NCBI GenBank assembly: GCA_965246885.1
Contig: OZ251992.1
Span: 1,472,001-1,536,000 of the forward strand
Length of the DNA: 64,000 nucleotides
Source: Abditibacterium sp.
GTDB lineage: Bacteria > Armatimonadota > Abditibacteriia > Abditibacteriales > Abditibacteriaceae
Direction: 5' to 3'
Position 1 is the first letter of the stretch. Each line of letters begins with the position of its first letter. Positions 58,545 to 64,000 of this stretch are shown here, in pieces. Both the position numbers and the translations under genes were made by a program. The notes under the pieces are model-generated. The model saw only the letters and a program-made list of their open reading frames with translations. It was not told where the DNA came from and ran no database searches.

Positions 58545-59810
58545 TTAGCGGGTTTGGGGATGCGTGCCTTGCATCCCTTCCGCGCGCACCCCTTGCCAGA
58601 ACTTGAAATACCCCGCCGTCGCGCTTCCCAACACACGCGCGTCTTCGCCCCGCCTCAGTAGTTTCAGGGCGATGCCGTCTCGTTCCAAGCGCGCCCGCAC
58701 TGCCGGGAGCGCGTCCGCAGTTGGGCCGACGAAGGGCTTAAGCGCGACGACGGTTCGCACGCCAGCGCCCTTGGCCCACTCATGCAGTTGCTCCGCCAAT
58801 TCATCGGGCGCAATGGCTTCGAGAGGGCGGATGTTGGCGCCCCAGTGGTGGGCGGCGCGCGCGGCGGCATCGCGGGCGGCGCGCAAGCGGTAGTCGCGGC
58901 GCAAACCGTTGGATGACTCGGACTTGGCGGGCGCTCCGACGACGGACGTGCAGATGGCATCGAAACGCGCGCCGCTGAGTTCGTCCGCCGTTTCGGGCAC
59001 GAGGTCGTCCTCGGTGATCCACAAGCCGAGCGGCCCCGTTGTGTCGCCGATACTGGCGTCGAAGGCAGGGCGTATCGGGTTAGGGATGGGGCCGTCGGGC
59101 ACGTCGGCTTCGCGCGGGCGCTCCAAACGTTCCATGCCGATACCCTCGCCGATGTAAGCGGGGTCGCAATACTTTTCGAGGTTCGAGCGGCGGGCCAGAT
59201 ACGCTTTGCCGCGCGTTTGGATGCCCGCGACCCAGCGCCAAGAAAGCGTGTTGGCGGCGGGGCAGGCGCAGATTAAGTGGCGCTCAAAGAAGTCGCTGCC
59301 AAGCTCCCAAGGCAAACGTTCGGTGTGAATCCAGAACGCGGCGAACCACATGCGCGCGTGGTTGTGCAAGTAGCCCGTCCCGACCAACTCGCGCGCGAAG
59401 TTGTCCATCGGCTCGCAACCGCTTTCCCCGGCCTCGATTTGCTCGATGCGGCGGCGCTGCACTTTGGCGAGAGAGGCGCCTTGCTCGGCGCGCGTTTGAA
59501 GGTAACGCGTCCAGATTTCGGGGCGTAATTCCAGCCACGAGCGCCAGTAGCCGCGCCAGTGAATTTCTTGGACGAACTTCTCGCACGCCGCAAGCGAGCC
59601 GTGTTCTTCCAAGGCGATGCGCGCGACTTCGCGCTCCAGTATCAAACGCACGCGGATGGCGGACGCGAGGGTCGAAACGAACGGATGGCCGGGAACGACG
59701 CGGTTGCGCTCGCGGGCATACTGCGCGCCCATGAAAGGAGCGAACGCACGCGCGGCGCCCAATGCGCCTTCGCGGGTGTCGGGGAAAATGATGGGTTTGT
59801 GAACGGACAT
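58545..59810 (-). CDS. Photolyase-family FAD-binding protein with inverted domain order
   Basis: YARERN, KFVQEIHWRGYW, TGYLHNHARMWFA, ANTLSWRWVAG in the N-terminal half. Confidence 0.85.
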   Translation of the reverse strand: MSVHKPIIFPDTREGALGAARAFAPFMGAQYARERNRVVPGHPFVSTLASAIRVRLILEREVARIALEEHGSLAACEKFVQEIHWRGYWRSWLELRPEIWTRYLQTRAEQGASLAKVQRRRIEQIEAGESGCEPMDNFARELVGTGYLHNHARMWFAAFWIHTERLPWELGSDFFERHLICACPAANTLSWRWVAGIQTRGKAYLARRSNLEKYCDPAYIGEGIGMERLERPREADVPDGPIPNPIRPAFDASIGDTTGPLGLWITEDDLVPETADELSGARFDAICTSVVGAPAKSESSNGLRRDYRLRAARDAAARAAHHWGANIRPLEAIAPDELAEQLHEWAKGAGVRTVVALKPFVGPTADALPAVRARLERDGIALKLLRRGEDARVLGSATAGYFKFWQGVRAEGMQGTHPQTR

Positions 59811-59843
59811 TACCCGGTTCGCTCCGCCAAATGCGGGCCACAA

Positions 59844-60533
59844 TTACCGCTTGGGAAAGCGGAAGTGCGCCTTGATTGTCCACGCGTCGAGGGCGTCCTG
59901 CTCGACGCACTGCCAGCCGTTGTGGACGACAAGAGGCAAGCCGCGCGGCCCGATGCCATCGGAAACTATGCCGGTGTGCCATTTATTGCCGTCCAACTTC
60001 CACTCCACGATGTCGCCGGGTTGCCAGCTTTGGATGTCGGCGTCCGTCGCTGTGCCGATGGGCAACTCTTGCCCGTAGCGGCGAAAGAAAACGATGTGGT
60101 TGGGCACGCGGCGGTGGTCTATATTGGTGTCGGTGTGGCCGAGTTTCCACGCGTTCGGGTAGGCCGCAAAGTGCGCTTTCATATCGTCGTGAATCAGGCG
60201 CTGCAAGTCCATGCCCGCCCCGCGCAAGGCGCGCACGACGACATCGGTGCACGCGCCCGCTCCTTTGGGCACGTCGCCGCCGGGGTAGGCGATGGTCTGA
60301 TACGAGGCGTCGTAAGCGTCGCCTATCTGCGCTTTGGCGGCGTCCACGATCTTGCGCGCGACGGGGTCAGCGACCGCCACGCGGCGGAGGGGGCTTTCGA
60401 GAGCGGTTTTGACGGGCGAGTCGGGTAGCGCCGCGACCAAATTGGCGCGTTGAATGGGCCGCGCGACGACCCACGCGACGCCCAAAGCGCCCGCCAAACC
60501 AACGGCGGCAAAGACAAAGCGGCGAGTAGGCAC
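59844..60533 (-). CDS. DUF1287 domain protein
   Basis: YDASY..YPGGDVP..GACTDVVVRA, DTNIDHRRVPN, WQPGDIV, HTGIVSD. Confidence 0.9.
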   Translation of the reverse strand: MPTRRFVFAAVGLAGALGVAWVVARPIQRANLVAALPDSPVKTALESPLRRVAVADPVARKIVDAAKAQIGDAYDASYQTIAYPGGDVPKGAGACTDVVVRALRGAGMDLQRLIHDDMKAHFAAYPNAWKLGHTDTNIDHRRVPNHIVFFRRYGQELPIGTATDADIQSWQPGDIVEWKLDGNKWHTGIVSDGIGPRGLPLVVHNGWQCVEQDALDAWTIKAHFRFPKR

Positions 60534-60581
60534 GCCATCTGAAACGCTTTGGCGCAGGGCAGGAGTGCGAAAAAGCGCGAG

Positions 60582-61439
60582 TTAACCCAACCGCGAGCGG
60601 AACTCCGGCATCCCGCCCACGCCCGGAGTCAAGCGAAACAAGGCGCCGCTCGGTTCATCGGGCGCGTCGTCGGGCCGCCCGCCGCCCGTTGTGATGTACA
60701 GTTGCTGTAATTCCGGCCCGCCGAAGATACAACTGGTGACGGCTCGCACGGGGAAGTCCACTTGCGCCACCATGCGCGCCCCGCTATCGTAGTGGCGCAG
60801 GAAAGGGCCGTCGAAAAAGGTCAGCCACACGCCGCCGTCGCGGTCGGTGGTGAGGCCATCGGGCGTCCATTCGGGCGTGTGCAGCCACAGCGTTTGCTCG
60901 CCCAGTTCTCCGGTTGCCGGGTCGAAGGCGAAGCGCCACACTTTGCGCGATGTCGAATCGGCCCAGTAAAGGCCGCGCCCGTTTGCCGTCCAGCCCAGCC
61001 CGTTGGAACACGCACTTCCACCCGTGATGCGGTGGCTTCCGAAGCCCTGATGCAAGTGGAACAGCCCGCCGCGCGTGCGTTGCGACCAATCCACTGTCCC
61101 CGCGAATACCCGTCCGTCCGGCGCCGCAATGCAGTCGTTGAAGCGCTCCGTGTCGCGCAAAAAGCCGCTTGCCAAGGGCGTCAAGCGCCCCGTATCGGGG
61201 TCAAGCCTCGCCGCGTCGCCCGTCAAAAGCAAGAGCAAATCTCCCGATTCTTCGAGCGTAAACGCGCCGCACTCCTGCCCGACGCTGGCTGCCAACCGAT
61301 GCGAAGCGGTGCGCGGGTCATACGCCCAAATCTGGCCCGACGGAATGTCGCACCAAAACAAGACGCCGCGCCGCTCGTCCCACAACGGGTTCTCGCCGCA
61401 CGCGCAATGCTCGTTCGCAATCAATTCAAGGTTCATCAT
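60582..61439 (-). CDS. SMP-30/gluconolactonase/LRE family protein
   Basis: GENPLWD, RFND, SNGLGW, PDGLTTD, TSCIFGG, LYITT. Confidence 0.93.
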   Translation of the reverse strand: MMNLELIANEHCACGENPLWDERRGVLFWCDIPSGQIWAYDPRTASHRLAASVGQECGAFTLEESGDLLLLLTGDAARLDPDTGRLTPLASGFLRDTERFNDCIAAPDGRVFAGTVDWSQRTRGGLFHLHQGFGSHRITGGSACSNGLGWTANGRGLYWADSTSRKVWRFAFDPATGELGEQTLWLHTPEWTPDGLTTDRDGGVWLTFFDGPFLRHYDSGARMVAQVDFPVRAVTSCIFGGPELQQLYITTGGGRPDDAPDEPSGALFRLTPGVGGMPEFRSRLG

Positions 61440-62251
61440 GCTGTCACCCCTGCATACACCGTTAGCCCGCGCTCGCGTAGGAAGCCAACCAAGTTCACGC
61501 CGTTCGCCCTCGCCAACTCGACCGCCAAGTTCGATGCCGCCGACACCGCCGCAACTGTTCCGATGCGCGCCCTGAGCGCCTTTTGGATGATCTCGAAGCT
61601 GGCGCGGCCCGATACCAAGAGCGTGAGCGGTTCACTCCCGAACAGTAAACCGTGCTCAAGGCAATAGCCGACCGCTTTATCCGTCGCGTTGTGGCGCCCA
61701 ATGTCCTCGAAGCACGCTAACAGTTCGCCGCTCCGGTTGAAAATCGCCGCCGCATGCAAGCCGCCCGTCGCGCCGAAAAGCGTCTGCCGTTCGCGCATCC
61801 GAGCGGGCAACGCGCGCACCAACTCAAGGTCGAGCGGAACGGGAACGAGCGGCGCGACGCGCGACGAGAGCGCTTGAATCGAAGCGTGCCCGCACAGCCC
61901 GCAACTCGAATTGGAGATGAGCGAGCGCCGCCATTTGTCGCCCGCCGTGTCGGGTTCTTCCAATAGAATGGCGTCGGCGACGTTGCACAAATCAGCGTCG
62001 AACTCGCGGCACCGCGCGCGCACCTCGACCCGCACGACATCGGCGAACTCCTCGATAACGCCCTCGCTCAGCAGTAGCCCCAAAGCGAGGAAGCGGTCAG
62101 CGTCGTCGCCCATCGGCGTGCGCATCGTCGCCGAAAACGCGCGCCCATTGACGCGAATCTCAAGCGGTTCCTCGACCACTAACTCGTCTTCGACTGCGCG
62201 CGAATCGCCGCCGCGAAACTGAACGGCGCGGGTGATGTGCGTGGAATTCAT
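61436..62251 (-). CDS. fdhD: Formate dehydrogenase accessory sulfurtransferase
   Basis: EEPLEI, TMRTP, SSCGLCG, TGGLHAA, EDIGRHNATDK, SGRASFE. Confidence 0.95.
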   Translation of the reverse strand: MNSTHITRAVQFRGGDSRAVEDELVVEEPLEIRVNGRAFSATMRTPMGDDADRFLALGLLLSEGVIEEFADVVRVEVRARCREFDADLCNVADAILLEEPDTAGDKWRRSLISNSSCGLCGHASIQALSSRVAPLVPVPLDLELVRALPARMRERQTLFGATGGLHAAAIFNRSGELLACFEDIGRHNATDKAVGYCLEHGLLFGSEPLTLLVSGRASFEIIQKALRARIGTVAAVSAASNLAVELARANGVNLVGFLRERGLTVYAGVTA

Positions 62252-62763
62252 GGCAAGAGGCGGGTCCACAGCGTTAGTTCCATCCACAACTGCGCCGCGC
62301 TGTCGGGGTGGTATTTCGGGATTTCGACGAAGCCCATTTTGCGATACAGCGCGACGGCGGCGGCTTGTTTGGGTGGGTCGGCCACGTCGAGCCGCAGGCG
62401 CTTGTAACCCGCGTCGCGCGTCCACGCGACCAGTTCCTCTAACATCCGGCGCCCGAACCCTTTCCCGCGCGCTTCGGATAAGAACCACATCCGCTTGAGT
62501 TCGGCGGTTTCTTCGTCCAATCGGCGCACGCCGCCCGTGCCCACGACGTGCCCATCGTCGAGCAACACCCGAAACGTGCCGCCGTTGCCGAAATAGTGGC
62601 CGTGCAAATCTTCCAAATCCGCGAGGCGCCAGCCGCGCCGCGTGAACTCTTCCAAAACCTCGTCCAATGTTCCCGGCACGCCCCACAACTCCTGCGCGAC
62701 GGCAGCGACCACGCGTTTGGCGGCCTCGACGTGTTCCGGACGCATCGGTTGGATAAGGAGCAT
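62248..62763 (-). CDS. GNAT family N-acetyltransferase
   Basis: ELKRMW..ARGKGFG, AVALYRKMGF. Confidence 0.9.
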   Translation of the reverse strand: MLLIQPMRPEHVEAAKRVVAAVAQELWGVPGTLDEVLEEFTRRGWRLADLEDLHGHYFGNGGTFRVLLDDGHVVGTGGVRRLDEETAELKRMWFLSEARGKGFGRRMLEELVAWTRDAGYKRLRLDVADPPKQAAAVALYRKMGFVEIPKYHPDSAAQLWMELTLWTRLLP

Positions 62764-62785
62764 AAACGATTGGTTGGTGGTAATG

Positions 62786-62932
62786 CGCTCGGCCCCACGC
62801 TGTCATTCCGAGGGGAGCCTTGGCGACCAGAGGAATCTACTTTCGCCCTTAGTTTGGTATCAAACGGGCGACCGGAACAAGATTCCTCTGGTCGCCAAGG
62901 CTCCCCTCGGAATGACAGCGTGGGGCCGAGCG
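62786..62932. repeat. Perfect 53-bp inverted repeat (REP-like, GTCATTCCGAG..GGAATCT type)
   Basis: Arms 62786-62838 and 62880-62932 are exact reverse complements; 41-nt spacer. Confidence 0.9.
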
Positions 62933-62941
62933 GTCGGTTTG

Positions 62942-64000
62942 CTACTTCGCCTTTTCGACGGTAATCACGACCGATTTGGAAGTCGGGGTGTTGGACTTGT
63001 CGGCCACGCTTCTCGCGGGGACGAGGACGTTGGTTTCGGGGAAATACGTCGCGGCGCAGCCTTTGGGAATCTCGTATTCCACCACGATGAAGCGCGGCGC
63101 GGTGCGGGTTTCGCCCTCGAAGTGCGAGTGCAAATCCACCACGTCGCCCGCTTGGAGGCCGCGCGCTTTGATGTCGTCGGCGTGGAGGAAGACGACGCGG
63201 CGCTCGTTGTAGACCCCGCGATAGCGGTCGTCCAGCCCGTAGATGGTGGTGTTGTATTGGTCGTGCGAGCGGATGGTCATCATCAGCAACTGGTCGCTTG
63301 CCAGCTTCCATTCGCTAATCGGCGTGACGGAAAAATTGGCCTTCCCGGTCGGCGTCTCCCACACGCGCTCTTTGGCGGTGTTGGGCAGATAGAAGCCTTC
63401 GGGCGTTTTGGCGCGCGCGTTGAAGTTCTCGAAGCCGGGGATGACCCGTTCGATGTGGTCGCGGATGAGGTCGTAGTTCGCGGCCATCGCTTCCCAGTCG
63501 GTGCGGGAGCGGTCGCCCAACACGGCGCGCGCCATTTCGCAGACGATGGCCGGTTCGCTTTTGAGTTCGGGCGAAGCGGGCGCCAAGCGGCCTTGCGAGC
63601 CGTGCACCACGCTCATGGAGTTCTCGACGGTGACGAACTGATCTCCTCCGGCCTGCGTGTCGCGTTCGGTGCGGCCTAAGCAGGGCAAGAGGAGGGCGCG
63701 CTCGCCCGTCACCAAATGCCCGCGATTGAGTTTGGTGGCGACGTGGCACGTCAGGCGGGCTTGGCGAAGGCCGCGCGCGGTGTAATTGGTGTCGGGCGTG
63801 GCGCTCAGGAAGTTGCCGCCCATGCCGAAAAAGACTTTGGCGCGTCCGTCGTTCATAGCGTGAATCGCCTCGACGACATCGAAGCCATCGGCGCGCGGCG
63901 ATTGGATGCCGAACTCCTTATCGAGGGCGTCCAGAAACGCGGGGCGGGCCTTCTCGTAGATACCCATCGTCCTGTCGCCCTGCACGTTGGAATGGCCGCG
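62942..64000 (-). CDS. FdhF/YdeP family molybdopterin oxidoreductase, 5' part outside window
   Basis: RGHSNVQGDRTMG, MGGNF, TIRSHDQYNTTIYG, YFPETN. Confidence 0.93.
   Translation of the reverse strand, partial: RGHSNVQGDRTMGIYEKARPAFLDALDKEFGIQSPRADGFDVVEAIHAMNDGRAKVFFGMGGNFLSATPDTNYTARGLRQARLTCHVATKLNRGHLVTGERALLLPCLGRTERDTQAGGDQFVTVENSMSVVHGSQGRLAPASPELKSEPAIVCEMARAVLGDRSRTDWEAMAANYDLIRDHIERVIPGFENFNARAKTPEGFYLPNTAKERVWETPTGKANFSVTPISEWKLASDQLLMMTIRSHDQYNTTIYGLDDRYRGVYNERRVVFLHADDIKARGLQAGDVVDLHSHFEGETRTAPRFIVVEYEIPKGCAATYFPETNVLVPARSVADKSNTPTSKSVVITVEKAK

Noticed and set aside
62252..62806. N-terminal extension of FdhD
   Set aside because: Overlaps the GNAT gene in another frame; FdhD homology begins at MNSTHIT

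Overview
GC-rich bacterial chromosomal window. The gene content (prepilin-type/H-X9-DG protein, copper-amine-oxidase N-domain protein, HEAT-repeat protein, cobA-hemD fusion) is consistent with Armatimonadota/Abditibacteriota, which is an inference. It carries mostly housekeeping and accessory genes: ilvB, PMM/PGM, rfbD, mgsA, hemB, cobA-hemD, anmK, smpB, hisS, a dispersed trpG-trpD/trpC/trpB set, and fdhD with a partial FdhF/YdeP gene. I saw no rRNA, tRNA, CRISPR array or transposase. The most striking element is a ~60-nt structured non-coding RNA candidate (6110->6050, minus strand) with its own -10 box and terminator. Its apical loop reproduces 23S rRNA helix 69 (19/21 nt), and it lies directly upstream of a 697-aa helical + TerD-domain protein, making this a candidate RNA-protein (Ro/Y-RNA-like or rRNA-mimic) system. 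Other notable items: an orphan lasso-type leader peptide gene between two paralogous modular secreted proteins that share a C-terminal module; a lectin domain inserted inside an Ig domain; about eight sequence-unrelated 21-bp degenerate arrays; four long REP/REPIN-like inverted repeats; a widespread leaderless-gene signature; an unannotated 38-aa membrane peptide; and an inverted-architecture photolyase.
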